Source: Candidatus Multivorans sp.
GTDB lineage: Bacteria > Acidobacteriota > Thermoanaerobaculia > Multivoradales > Multivoraceae
Assembly: GCA_965262355.1 (NCBI GenBank)
Contig: OZ253534.1
Location: forward strand, 3,023,670 to 3,087,669
Direction of reading: 5' to 3'
Length of the DNA stretch: 64,000 nt
In this document: positions 39,105-48,532 of the stretch, piece by piece
Numbering within the stretch: position 1 is the stretch's first letter
How the letters are laid out: the number at the start of each line of letters is the position of its first letter
Program-made: the position numbers and the translations under genes
The notes under the pieces: model-generated
Told to the model about the DNA's origin: nothing
The model's input: the letters and a program-made list of their open reading frames with translations, nothing else
Databases searched by the model: none

Positions 39105-39362
39105 ATGCACACCACCAGTCTGCGCAAGGTCGGCGGCTCGGTCATGCTCGCGGTGCCCCCGGTGCTTCTCGATCTCCTGAAACTCGGTGCTGGCGCCAGA
39201 GTGGATATCGGCGTCGAGGGCGACCGCCTGATCGTTGCGCCCAGAACCCGTCCAAGCTACTCGCTCGACGAGCTGCTGGCGCAGTGCGACGAGACCGCCC
39301 CAGCCGACGACGAAGATCGGGCGTGGCTCGATGGCCAGCCTGTCGGCAACGAACTGTTGTAG
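39105..39362 (+). CDS. mazE: MazE/PemI-family antitoxin (SpoVT/AbrB fold)
   Basis: MHTTSLRKVGGSVMLAVPPVLLDLL. Confidence 0.8.
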   Translation: MHTTSLRKVGGSVMLAVPPVLLDLLKLGAGARVDIGVEGDRLIVAPRTRPSYSLDELLAQCDETAPADDEDRAWLDGQPVGNELL

Positions 39363-39694
39363 TGCGCCGCGGCGAGATCTGGCTCGTCAGCCTCGATCCC
39401 ACCGCTGGCCATGAACAACGGGGGAAACGGCCGGTCGTGATCGTGTCCCCCGCACGCTTCAACGAGCTGACCAGGACGCCGGTCGTCCTTCCGATCACTA
39501 CAGGTGGAAACTTCGCGCGTCAGCGCGGCTTCACGGTCTCGCTCGACGACGCGGGTACCCGAACGGTCGGCGTGATCCGTTGCGACCAGCCGCGCACCTT
39601 GGATCTCGCCGCCCGGAACGGGAAACGTCTCGAATCCGCCTCCGAGCAGATCATGCACGAGGTGCTGGCTCGTCTCGCCGCAATCCTGACGTAG
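39362..39694 (+). CDS. mazF: MazF/PemK-family endoribonuclease toxin
   Basis: GTG start overlapping mazE stop; VRRGEIWLVSLDPTAGHEQRGKRPVVIVS. Confidence 0.8.
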   Translation: MRRGEIWLVSLDPTAGHEQRGKRPVVIVSPARFNELTRTPVVLPITTGGNFARQRGFTVSLDDAGTRTVGVIRCDQPRTLDLAARNGKRLESASEQIMHEVLARLAAILT

Positions 39695-39738
39695 ACGGCG
39701 GAGGCCGCCGCTGGCGCGCCCCGGTACCGTTTTCCGCG

Positions 39739-41853
39739 CTACACGTCAGGCTTGCCGGTGATCAGGACGTTGCCGAGCACGGCGGGATCGGCTTCGAGCT
39801 CATCATCGCCCGCCGGGAACTCGTTCATCTGCATGATGTAGGTCACGATGTCGAGATAGGTCTGCCGTGGCAGGCTTTCCGGTTGATCGGTCGGCATGGT
39901 GGTGCGGATCGCCTCGAACAGCTCGTGGACCGTCTTGTTCCCCCACAGGAACTGGAAGCTCACGCCGACCAGGCTCGCCGAGTTGCTGCCGCCGCCGAGG
40001 TCCTCGGCGTGGCAGGAGGCGCAGTTCTCGCGGTAGGCCGCGGCGCCCAGTTGCGCCTGCTCGGCGGTGTAGACGCCGTCCCAGACCGTCGCGGCGGCCT
40101 CGGTCGCCGGCGCGACCTGGTCTGCCACGGTGGTGCGGGTCCTCTCCGCCTCGACCCGCGCCGCGGCCGGGAGCGCGAAGACGTGGATCGAGTTGCCGTT
40201 GTTCGGGCGGCGGATGTGGGGGATGAGATCCCGCGGCACCATCGTTGCCCAACTGGCGCCTCCGGTTCCCACCGGGATCGCGATGAACTGGCGGCCGCCT
40301 GCGAGGTAGGACACCGGGAAGCCCTGGGCGGAGGTGGGCAGCCGCGTCTGCCAGAGGACCTTGCCGGTCCTGGCATCGTAGGCGTACACGTTGCGGTCGT
40401 AGTCGCCCGCGAACATCACTCCGCCCGCCGTCGACATGGCGGCGGTGTTGATCGGTGACTCGGTGCGGTGGCGCCACATGATGTCGCCCTCGACCACGTC
40501 GATCACCAGCATCTCACCCAGGTTGCCCCCCGAGTAGGGGTGCAGGGTATTGACGCGCTTGACCGGACCCGCGCCGCCGCCGCCGAGGACGTGTTCGACG
40601 GGGCCGAACGTGGCCAGCTCGCAGTTCATCGTCATCGGGATGTAGAGAGCCCGGGTGTTCGGGTCGTACGACATCGCCCGCCAGCTCTTGAACCCCGACG
40701 TGCTCGGGCACATGTTGATCTCGACGCCGATCTCCGGGACCATCCCCGGCCGGTACGTCACTTCGCCTGTCTCGCGATCGACGTCGACGATGTTCTGATA
40801 GCCGACATCGATGGCGCCGAGGAACTCGCCGGTCTCCCGGTCGAGCTGCCAGAGGATGCCGAGTTTGCCCATCTTGAAGAGCTGCTTCCTGCCATCGACA
40901 TCGATGAGGAGCGACTCGAACACCTCGTCCATGTCGTGGGTCTCGCCGGGCAGGTACTGGTAGTACCAGAGCAGCTCGCCGGTATCGGGGTCGAGCGCCA
41001 GACTCGAGTTCGTGTAGAGCGCGTCGCCGTCGGTGCCGCGCACCGCCCGGGCCCAGGGTTTGGCCTGGGAGGTTGCCCAGTAGACGATGTTCAGCTCCGG
41101 GTCGTAGCTGCCGGCGATCCAGGCGTCGCTGCCGGCGCGGAAACGGAGCGGCAGATCGCCCCAGGTGTCGCCGCCGGGTTCTCCGGGACGCGCGATCGTC
41201 GAGGTGCGCCAGATCTCTTCGCCGGTTGCCGGGTCGTGGCCGGTGATGAAGCAGACGTCGTCCTTGTAGCGGCCGCACCCGGTGATGCCGGTGACCAGCT
41301 TGCCGTTGGCGATGATGGGGCCGGCGGAGTAGTGGTAGCCGAGGGCCGGGTCGGCGGTCTGCGTCTCCCAGACCGGTTTCCCGTTGCGCGCGTCGAGCGC
41401 CAGGATCGTCGCCCGGCTGGTGGCGGCGAAGATGCGGTCGCCGAAGATCGCGATGTTCTTCTGCACCCCGCTGCCGAAGGCCCCCGCGCCATCGCCGGAG
41501 ACTTCAGGCCGGTACTCCCAGATCAGGTCGCCGTTGGCGGCGTCCAGGGCCTGGACGACGTTGCCCGGACTCGGCAGGTACATGACCCCGCCGTGGATCA
41601 GCGGCGCCGTCTCCTGCGGGCCGGTGTCGTCCATCGCCCACGCCCACACCAGTTGGAGCTGGCCGACGTTTTCGGTCGTGATCTGGTCGAGCGGGCTGTA
41701 GCCCCAGGCGTTCTGCGTTCCCCGCCAGTGGAGCCACTGCCCCGGTTCCGGGTTGCGCAGCATCTCCTGGGTGACCGGCACGAAATCGGTCTCCTGGGCG
41801 CCGGCGCCGGCGCCCAGGAGCAGCACCGCGGCAAGACAGTTCAGGCACTTCAT
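39739..41853 (-). CDS. PQQ-dependent alcohol dehydrogenase, quinohemoprotein type (C-terminal cytochrome c)
   Basis: Signal peptide; 8-bladed PQQ propeller motifs; C-terminal CASCH heme-binding site. Confidence 0.8.
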   Translation of the reverse strand: MKCLNCLAAVLLLGAGAGAQETDFVPVTQEMLRNPEPGQWLHWRGTQNAWGYSPLDQITTENVGQLQLVWAWAMDDTGPQETAPLIHGGVMYLPSPGNVVQALDAANGDLIWEYRPEVSGDGAGAFGSGVQKNIAIFGDRIFAATSRATILALDARNGKPVWETQTADPALGYHYSAGPIIANGKLVTGITGCGRYKDDVCFITGHDPATGEEIWRTSTIARPGEPGGDTWGDLPLRFRAGSDAWIAGSYDPELNIVYWATSQAKPWARAVRGTDGDALYTNSSLALDPDTGELLWYYQYLPGETHDMDEVFESLLIDVDGRKQLFKMGKLGILWQLDRETGEFLGAIDVGYQNIVDVDRETGEVTYRPGMVPEIGVEINMCPSTSGFKSWRAMSYDPNTRALYIPMTMNCELATFGPVEHVLGGGGAGPVKRVNTLHPYSGGNLGEMLVIDVVEGDIMWRHRTESPINTAAMSTAGGVMFAGDYDRNVYAYDARTGKVLWQTRLPTSAQGFPVSYLAGGRQFIAIPVGTGGASWATMVPRDLIPHIRRPNNGNSIHVFALPAAARVEAERTRTTVADQVAPATEAAATVWDGVYTAEQAQLGAAAYRENCASCHAEDLGGGSNSASLVGVSFQFLWGNKTVHELFEAIRTTMPTDQPESLPRQTYLDIVTYIMQMNEFPAGDDELEADPAVLGNVLITGKPDV

Positions 41854-41874
41854 TCGGAAGGCGCGAATGCTACT

Positions 41875-43185
41875 TCACGGCCCGAGGCGGTGGTCGAGCA
41901 CCATCTCCTCGGTGAGCGCGGTGCCGAAACCCGGTTCGGTGGGCGCCAGGAAGTGGCCATCGTCGAACGGCGCCTGCATCGCATCGAGGATGGCGGAGCC
42001 GGTGGCGAAGCTCTCGGCCATCGTGCAGCTCGGAGCGGTCAGCGAGATCGGCAGTCCCCACAGGCTGCCGCCGCGGTGGGGAATGAGCTCGAGATCGGCC
42101 GCTTCGACCTGCGCCGCAATGCGTCGTGCGGCGGTGAGACCGCCGCACCAGGTGATGTCCGGCTGCAAGACTTCGGCGGACCCGACGCGCACCAGCACCT
42201 CGAAGCCGTGCTCCGTGTACTCGTGTTCGCCGCAGGCGACCTTCGTCCAGCCGGGACCGCCGCCGCCGATTCGCTGCACCAGCTCGGCGTACCCGAACAC
42301 GTTGTCCGGCGACAGGAGCTCCTCCATGAAGTAGAGGTTCGCCGGTCGGAGGCGCTCGGCGACGCCGACCGCCCAGTCGACCGTGCCGTTGCGCGAGACG
42401 CAGTCGGTCATCAGGTTGCCTTCGGGGCCCATCGCCTCGCGGGCGGCCAGCACATCCGCGATGCCCCTGTCGGTTTCGGCCTTCGAGCTGTGAGGGCCGA
42501 TCGGCAGGATGCGCTTGAAGTGGCGGATGCCGAGGCTCTTGCCGGCGGCGATGTCGCCGCCGGTCTGGTAGACGGGCACGCGGTCGTCCAGCTTGCCCCC
42601 GAGCAGGGCATGAACCGACTTGCCGGCGTGCTTGCCCGCGATGTCCCAGAGGGCATTGTCGACGGCGGAAAGTGCCATGGCGAAGACGCCGCGCCGGCCG
42701 TAGAGCAGGGCCGAGCTGTACATCTGGTCCCAGAGCTGCTCGACGTTGAGCGGATTGGCGCCGACCAGCAGGTGCTGGAGATGCCCGTCGATGATCTCGA
42801 CCGCCGCGCTGCCGCCGGCCCCCATGCCGAAGCCGGTGACGCCGGCGTTCGTCTTGACGACCGCGATGATCGCCGACGGGAGCTGCTCGAAGGGGCCGCC
42901 GTAGCGCCAGCGTCGCGGGTCGTCGTCGCCGGAGAAGACCGGCGGGTCGAGCAGGTCCTCCGAGCGGCTGTTGATGTAGACGGGGTAGGCGTCGACCGAG
43001 CTGATCCGGATCCGGCTTGCGTCGTCGTTTTCCTGCCGTGTTGTGCGGGCACGCGCGATCCCCGCTGCCGGAGTGGACGGGCCGGCGAACCCCGCGGATG
43101 CCGCGATCGCGGCCAGACCGGCGCTGCGGCCGAGGAAGTCTCGGCGGCTCGATTGTCCAGGCCCGGCGGGGTAGTGCTGGCTCAT
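41875..43185 (-). CDS. Mandelate racemase/muconate lactonizing enzyme-family (enolase superfamily) protein with Tat signal
   Basis: SRRDFLGRSAGLAAIAASAGFA twin-arginine signal; MR/MLE barrel motifs. Confidence 0.65.
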   Translation of the reverse strand: MSQHYPAGPGQSSRRDFLGRSAGLAAIAASAGFAGPSTPAAGIARARTTRQENDDASRIRISSVDAYPVYINSRSEDLLDPPVFSGDDDPRRWRYGGPFEQLPSAIIAVVKTNAGVTGFGMGAGGSAAVEIIDGHLQHLLVGANPLNVEQLWDQMYSSALLYGRRGVFAMALSAVDNALWDIAGKHAGKSVHALLGGKLDDRVPVYQTGGDIAAGKSLGIRHFKRILPIGPHSSKAETDRGIADVLAAREAMGPEGNLMTDCVSRNGTVDWAVGVAERLRPANLYFMEELLSPDNVFGYAELVQRIGGGGPGWTKVACGEHEYTEHGFEVLVRVGSAEVLQPDITWCGGLTAARRIAAQVEAADLELIPHRGGSLWGLPISLTAPSCTMAESFATGSAILDAMQAPFDDGHFLAPTEPGFGTALTEEMVLDHRLGP

Positions 43186-43955
43186 GGCGGATGCTCCGGT
43201 GTGTTGGCTGCGACGAAGTCCATGAAGATTACCGTGACGAGGTCCGGGCGCTGGAGCACCGAGCCGTGACCGACGTTCTCCATCACGATGAGCTCCGCGT
43301 CGGGCGCCATGGCTGCCAGATCGCGGCTGGATGGAAGGTTCGGGTCGTGGTCCCCGGTGGCGACCAGGGTCTTCATCGCCAGCGTTTCTGCTGCGGCAGC
43401 GAGGTCGAACCCCTGGAAGATCGCCCGTATTGCGGGCCGGACGGAGTCGGGGTTGGCATGCTCGTTCCAACCGGCGGGCCGTTCGAAGCGCCTGATGCCC
43501 GCTGCCTCCTGCTTGCGGACCGCTTCGCGGCTGCCTTCCCGCTGTGCCGGAACGTCGGGCGGGTCGATCGCGGCGTCGTAGAGCGCAAGCAGGTCGACTC
43601 GTTCAGGCCGAAGCGCGGCGTAGGCGAGGGCCGCCCGCGACCCCCAGGCCATGGACCAGACATGGGAACGTTCGATCTCGAGCGCGTCGAGAATCGCGAC
43701 TGCGTCTGCGGCGTACTGTTCCAGTGTGTACTGGGAGGGATCTGCCGCCGGCGTGCTCTGACCGGTCCCGCGGATGTCGAACCGGACGGTCCGGTAACCG
43801 CTGCCCAGCCGCTCGCCGATCAGGTCCCACATGCGGAGGGTACAGCCGCCGCCGTTCCAGAACACGACCGCCGGCGCCTCACGGTCGCCCGCGACCTCGA
43901 CATTCAGCGTCGCTCCGTCGACTTCGATTCGCATCGGAATGGTCGATGATGTCAC
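43182..43955 (-). CDS. Alpha/beta-hydrolase
   Basis: VVFWNGGGCT, nucleophile elbow SMAWGS; stop overlaps downstream start. Confidence 0.7.
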   Translation of the reverse strand: MTSSTIPMRIEVDGATLNVEVAGDREAPAVVFWNGGGCTLRMWDLIGERLGSGYRTVRFDIRGTGQSTPAADPSQYTLEQYAADAVAILDALEIERSHVWSMAWGSRAALAYAALRPERVDLLALYDAAIDPPDVPAQREGSREAVRKQEAAGIRRFERPAGWNEHANPDSVRPAIRAIFQGFDLAAAAETLAMKTLVATGDHDPNLPSSRDLAAMAPDAELIVMENVGHGSVLQRPDLVTVIFMDFVAANTPEHPP

Positions 43956-44064
43956 TTCGGAAGGCCGGTGCGGGCGACAGGTCCGTGCTCCCGGGGTCGG
44001 CGCCGTAGCGGCTGCTACAGTCCCCGCCTTGTCCTGAAGACGGCGAGGAAACGGAGGCGCTGCA

Positions 44065-45855
44065 GTGAAGAGTGCTCGCCCGCTCGAATGCGGGTTGGTG
44101 ATCGTGACCCTTACCCTGAGCCTCGGGTTCAGCGCGGCATTGCCAGCCCAGGACGCGGCGTCGACGTTCGTGCCCGTGACGGACGAAATGCTGCAGAACC
44201 CGCCGGCGTCGGAGTGGCTGATGTTCCGCCGGACGCTGGACAGTTGGGGCTACAGCCCCCTGGACCAGGTCGACCGGACGAACGTGGAGCGGCTGAGCCT
44301 GGTCTGGGCTCGCGAAATCGGCGTGGGGACGTCCGAGATCACTCCCCTGGCGTATGACGGCGTGCTCTACATTCCCTCGGTCGACGACGTGATCGAGGCG
44401 GTGGACTCGGTGACCGGCGACTTCATCTGGCGCTACACGCGCGAGCTGCCGGAAGGCCTCTACGCCCAGGTCGGCTTCAATGCGAAGAACAACCGGAACA
44501 TCGCGATCTACGACCGGCTGATCCTGAACAACAGCGACGACAACTACGCCTTCGCGCTGGACGCCGAGACCGGCGAGATGGTCTGGGAGACGCAGATCCT
44601 GGACTGGCAGGTCAATCCCGCCACGCACAGTTCGGGTCCGATCGTCGCCGGCGGCCGGGTGGTTTCCGGAAGGAGCTGCCGGCCGTGGGGCGGCCCGGAA
44701 TCCTGCATCATGATCGCGCTCGACGCGCTGACCGGGAAGGAACTCTGGCGGCAACGCACCATGCCGGCGCCCGGCGAGCCCGGCGACGAGACCTGGGGCG
44801 ACGTGCCCTTCGAAAAGCGGCGCCACGTTGGCACCTGGATGGTGCCCAGCTACGACCCGGAGCTCGAACTCATCTACTTCGGCACCGCCGTCACTTCGCC
44901 GGCGCCGAAGTTCATGCTCGGCGGAGTGGACCTGACCCACCTCTACCACAACTCGACCCTGGCGCTCGAGGCCGACACCGGTGAGATCCGCTGGTACTTC
45001 CAGCACCTGAACGACCACTGGGACCTGGATCATCCGTTCGAGCGGATCCTGGTCGACCTCCCGGTGTCGCCCGATCCGGAGGCGGTGCGCTGGATCCGGT
45101 CGGACCTGGCGCCCGGAGAGACGCGCAAGGTGATGACCGGAATCCCCGGCAAGACCGGCCTCGTCTACACGCTGGACCGTGAAACCGGCGAGTTCCTCTG
45201 GGCCAGGCCGACGGTGCCGCAGAACGTGGTCGTCGACATCGACGAAACCACGGGGCGTGCGGTGGAGAACACCGAGATCATCTTCACCGAGCTGGAGCAG
45301 GAGATGCTCGTGTGCCCGAGCTGGGCCGGCGGCAAGGACTGGGAGACCGGCGCCTACAGCCCCCTGACCCAGACGATGTACTACCCGTTGCGCAACCAGT
45401 GCGCGAGGATGCTGGTGACCGGGGATGTCGAGAGCCCGCGCGCCCAGGCGATGGAGCAGCAGGTCGCGATCTACAACCTGGCCGCGGACCACATCCTGGC
45501 GCCCGGCGAGGAGTACCTCGGCACGGTCTACGCGATCTCGGCCATCACAGGCGAGACGAAGTGGCTGTTCGAGACCGAGGCCTCGACCTACTCGGTCGTC
45601 GCCACCGGCGGCGGCCTGATCTTCGGCGGCGATGCGAGCGGGAGCTTCCGCGCCTTCGACCACGAGACCGGCGAGGTTCTGTGGGAGGTGAACCTCGGGG
45701 CCCCGGCGATGGGTTACCCGATCTCCTACGCCGTCGCCGGGCGCCAGTTCGTGGCCATCTCGACCGGGCCCGGAAGTCTCAGGAACACTCCCGAGGGCGC
45801 CGCGCGCGCCCGCGGCGGCAACCTGTACGTCTTCGCTTTGCCGCAGAGCCGCTGA
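44065..45855 (+). CDS. PQQ-dependent dehydrogenase, methanol/ethanol family (no heme domain)
   Basis: Signal peptide; PQQ propeller repeats; HWDLD motif at the position of the MxaF/XoxF WDYA/WDYD. Confidence 0.75.
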   Translation: MKSARPLECGLVIVTLTLSLGFSAALPAQDAASTFVPVTDEMLQNPPASEWLMFRRTLDSWGYSPLDQVDRTNVERLSLVWAREIGVGTSEITPLAYDGVLYIPSVDDVIEAVDSVTGDFIWRYTRELPEGLYAQVGFNAKNNRNIAIYDRLILNNSDDNYAFALDAETGEMVWETQILDWQVNPATHSSGPIVAGGRVVSGRSCRPWGGPESCIMIALDALTGKELWRQRTMPAPGEPGDETWGDVPFEKRRHVGTWMVPSYDPELELIYFGTAVTSPAPKFMLGGVDLTHLYHNSTLALEADTGEIRWYFQHLNDHWDLDHPFERILVDLPVSPDPEAVRWIRSDLAPGETRKVMTGIPGKTGLVYTLDRETGEFLWARPTVPQNVVVDIDETTGRAVENTEIIFTELEQEMLVCPSWAGGKDWETGAYSPLTQTMYYPLRNQCARMLVTGDVESPRAQAMEQQVAIYNLAADHILAPGEEYLGTVYAISAITGETKWLFETEASTYSVVATGGGLIFGGDASGSFRAFDHETGEVLWEVNLGAPAMGYPISYAVAGRQFVAISTGPGSLRNTPEGAARARGGNLYVFALPQSR

Positions 45856-45908
45856 GGCGCCGGATTTCTTAAGAAGCGTTAGGATTCGGCCCTTGAAATC
45901 ACCGGCAC

Positions 45909-47645
45909 ATGTCCTCGCTTCCTGACCGCCGCTCCTACGGCTTCGGCCCGTACCTGCTCGATGTGGGTCAGCGCCGGCTGCTCCGGGACGGGCGCCCGAT
46001 AGGGATGCGCCCGAAGATCTTCGACACCCTGCGGGCGCTGGTCGAGAACAACGACCGCCTCCTCCACAAGGAGGAGTTGATGGCGATGGTGTGGCCCGGG
46101 ACGACGGTCGAGGAGAGCAACCTCACGCACAACCTCTCCGTGCTGCGGAAGATCCTGGGGCAGAGCAAGGAGACCCAGTACGTCGTCACGGTTCCCGGCC
46201 GGGGCTACCGGTTCACGGCCTCGGTCGAGGTCTCTCTTGAAGGGTCGATCGCCGTCCGGCCCTTCGCCAACATGAGTCCCGACCCGGATCAGGCCTTCTT
46301 CTGCGATGGGGTGGCGGAAGAACTGATCGACACGTTGGCCGCGGTCGAGGGCCTGAGGGTTGTGGGCCGAACATCTTCCTTTGACCGCCGACTGAGGGAA
46401 CTCAGCGCTTCCTCGGTTGGCGAGAAACTGGGGGTATCTGCGATTCTCGAGGGTAGCCTGCGGAAGGCGGGCGACCGGCTGCGGGTCTCGGCACAGTTGA
46501 TCCGGACGTCGGATAGCACTCAGCTCTGGTCCGAGCACTACGATCGGGAATTGGGAGACATCTTCGAGATCCAGGAGGACATCGCGCGTGCGATCGTGGA
46601 TCGCGTGCGCACGAAGCTGCTGGATCCGCAGCCGGGTCCGGTGGTGGCGCGTCATACGGACAACCAGGAGGTCTATCGCCTCTACCTGGAGGCGCGGTAT
46701 TGCGTCAATCAACAGACCGAGAGCCGTATCCAACAGGCGATCGGTTTTCTGGATCGGGCGCTCGAGATGCAACCGGAGTTCGCGCGCGGCCACGCACTAC
46801 TCGGGGTGTGCTACGCGAACCTCGTGGCCTACGGCTTCCTGCCGGTGGACGAGACGGTGGTCAAGGCGAGGGAAGCAGTGCAGCGGGCGCTGGAACTCAA
46901 CGACTCGAGTGTGCTCGCGTACCGGGCCTTGGGTCTTGTGAGCACGTTCCAATGGGACTGGTCAACAGCGCAACGGGCTTTTCTGCGGGCTCTGCAGCTC
47001 GATCCAGACAACTCGACCGCCCACTACTCGTACGGAAACCACTTCCTGTCGCCGGTCGGCCGTGTCGAGGAAGCGGAACGCCAGATCAGAGCTGCCGTAG
47101 AGTTGGATCCTCTGGCGCCCCTGTTCAGCCAGGGTCTATGCCAGATCCTCTACTACACGCGCCGCTACGAAGAGGCCATCGACCAGGCTCGTCACACACT
47201 CGCCCTGGAAGGGGACTATCCAATAGTGCGCTCGCTGCTGGCGGCCTGCTACAGCGCCATGGGTCGCACGGACGAGGCGATCCATGAGCGTCAGGTGCAC
47301 CTGCGGAATACCGGCGGCGAAGAGGAAGCGGAGGCAATCGGGAGGATCTACGCGCAGAAGGGCGAGCCGGGTGTGTTTCGCTGGATGGTCGATCAGCGAT
47401 TGGAGCAGGTGAATGCCAGGAATGTCCGTTCTGCCTCCCTGGCGATCCTCTACGGCTGGCTCGACGAAAAGGAACCTGCTCTGTTCTGGTTGGAAGATGC
47501 CGTGAAGTCGAGGCTTGGCGCCGTTCTATGGACCAAGGTGCATCCAGCGTTCGACTGCCTGCGCAACGAGCCGCGGTTCAACGAGTTGGTCGACAGTATG
47601 GGCGTGAACGATCCCCGCGTGGCGACGCCCGGCGCGGTCGCCTAG
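45909..47645 (+). CDS. Winged-helix (OmpR/CadC-type) DNA-binding domain fused to TolB-like/TPR region
   Basis: YGFGPYLLDVGQRRLLRDGRPIGMRPKIFDTLRALVEN trans_reg_C; C-terminal TPR repeats. Confidence 0.7.
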   Translation: MSSLPDRRSYGFGPYLLDVGQRRLLRDGRPIGMRPKIFDTLRALVENNDRLLHKEELMAMVWPGTTVEESNLTHNLSVLRKILGQSKETQYVVTVPGRGYRFTASVEVSLEGSIAVRPFANMSPDPDQAFFCDGVAEELIDTLAAVEGLRVVGRTSSFDRRLRELSASSVGEKLGVSAILEGSLRKAGDRLRVSAQLIRTSDSTQLWSEHYDRELGDIFEIQEDIARAIVDRVRTKLLDPQPGPVVARHTDNQEVYRLYLEARYCVNQQTESRIQQAIGFLDRALEMQPEFARGHALLGVCYANLVAYGFLPVDETVVKAREAVQRALELNDSSVLAYRALGLVSTFQWDWSTAQRAFLRALQLDPDNSTAHYSYGNHFLSPVGRVEEAERQIRAAVELDPLAPLFSQGLCQILYYTRRYEEAIDQARHTLALEGDYPIVRSLLAACYSAMGRTDEAIHERQVHLRNTGGEEEAEAIGRIYAQKGEPGVFRWMVDQRLEQVNARNVRSASLAILYGWLDEKEPALFWLEDAVKSRLGAVLWTKVHPAFDCLRNEPRFNELVDSMGVNDPRVATPGAVA

Positions 47646-47725
47646 CCCGCTAGCAGCTACGCTACGAGTAAGGGACCACGACCAGCAGGCGTTGCGCGCG
47701 GCGCTGAGAGGAACGTCTGGACGCG

Positions 47726-48532
47726 ATGACCACTCGACTTCCGCAACGCTACGGCGGCGCCGCCCTGATTACAGGCGCCTCCAGCGGTATCGGGGAGGCC
47801 TACGCGCGGCGGCTTGCCGATGAGGGCATGGAACTGGTGCTGGTCGCACGGCGCACCGACCGGCTCGAGAAGCTGGCGCGGGAACTGCGCTCGGCCTCGG
47901 ATGTGACGGTCCATGTCGTTCCCCAGGACCTTGGGGAGCGCGCCGGCCCGCGGCTTGTCTTCGAGGCCGTCGACGATCTCGGGATCGAGGTCGGCATGCT
48001 GGTGTCGAACGCCGGCTTCGGCACCTACGGGCCCTTTGTCGAGCAGGATCTCGAGCTTCAACTTCAGATCGTCGAGGTCAACAACCGGGCGGCCGTGGGG
48101 CTGGCAACGATTCTCGTTCCGCGGCTCGTCGAGCGCGGTCGCGGCGCGCTGATCTTCCTGTCGAGCACGGCGGCCTACCAGCCGGTGGCGTTCGAAGCGG
48201 TCTACGGAGCGTCGAAGGCATTCAACCTGATGTTCGGCGAAGCGCTCTGGGCGGAGCTCTCGGAGCACGGAATCGACGTCATCGTGCTGTCGCCGGGATT
48301 CACGCCCACCGAGTACCAGAAGAAGGCCGGCATGGGCGAGCCCGAGCCGGTGACCGGTTGGACGAGCCCCGAGCAGGTGGTGGACGCCAGCCTGCGCCGG
48401 CTCGGCCGCGCCTCCTCGGTCGTACCGGGCTGGCGCAACCGTGTCGTCATCTTCCTGATGCGCATCCTGACGCGGCGCGCGGCGGCGCGCCTGACCTACC
48501 GGGTCAACAAACCGGCCAGCCGATCAGGGTAG
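47726..48532 (+). CDS. SDR-family oxidoreductase
   Basis: TGASSGIG, YGASK. Confidence 0.85.
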   Translation: MTTRLPQRYGGAALITGASSGIGEAYARRLADEGMELVLVARRTDRLEKLARELRSASDVTVHVVPQDLGERAGPRLVFEAVDDLGIEVGMLVSNAGFGTYGPFVEQDLELQLQIVEVNNRAAVGLATILVPRLVERGRGALIFLSSTAAYQPVAFEAVYGASKAFNLMFGEALWAELSEHGIDVIVLSPGFTPTEYQKKAGMGEPEPVTGWTSPEQVVDASLRRLGRASSVVPGWRNRVVIFLMRILTRRAAARLTYRVNKPASRSG

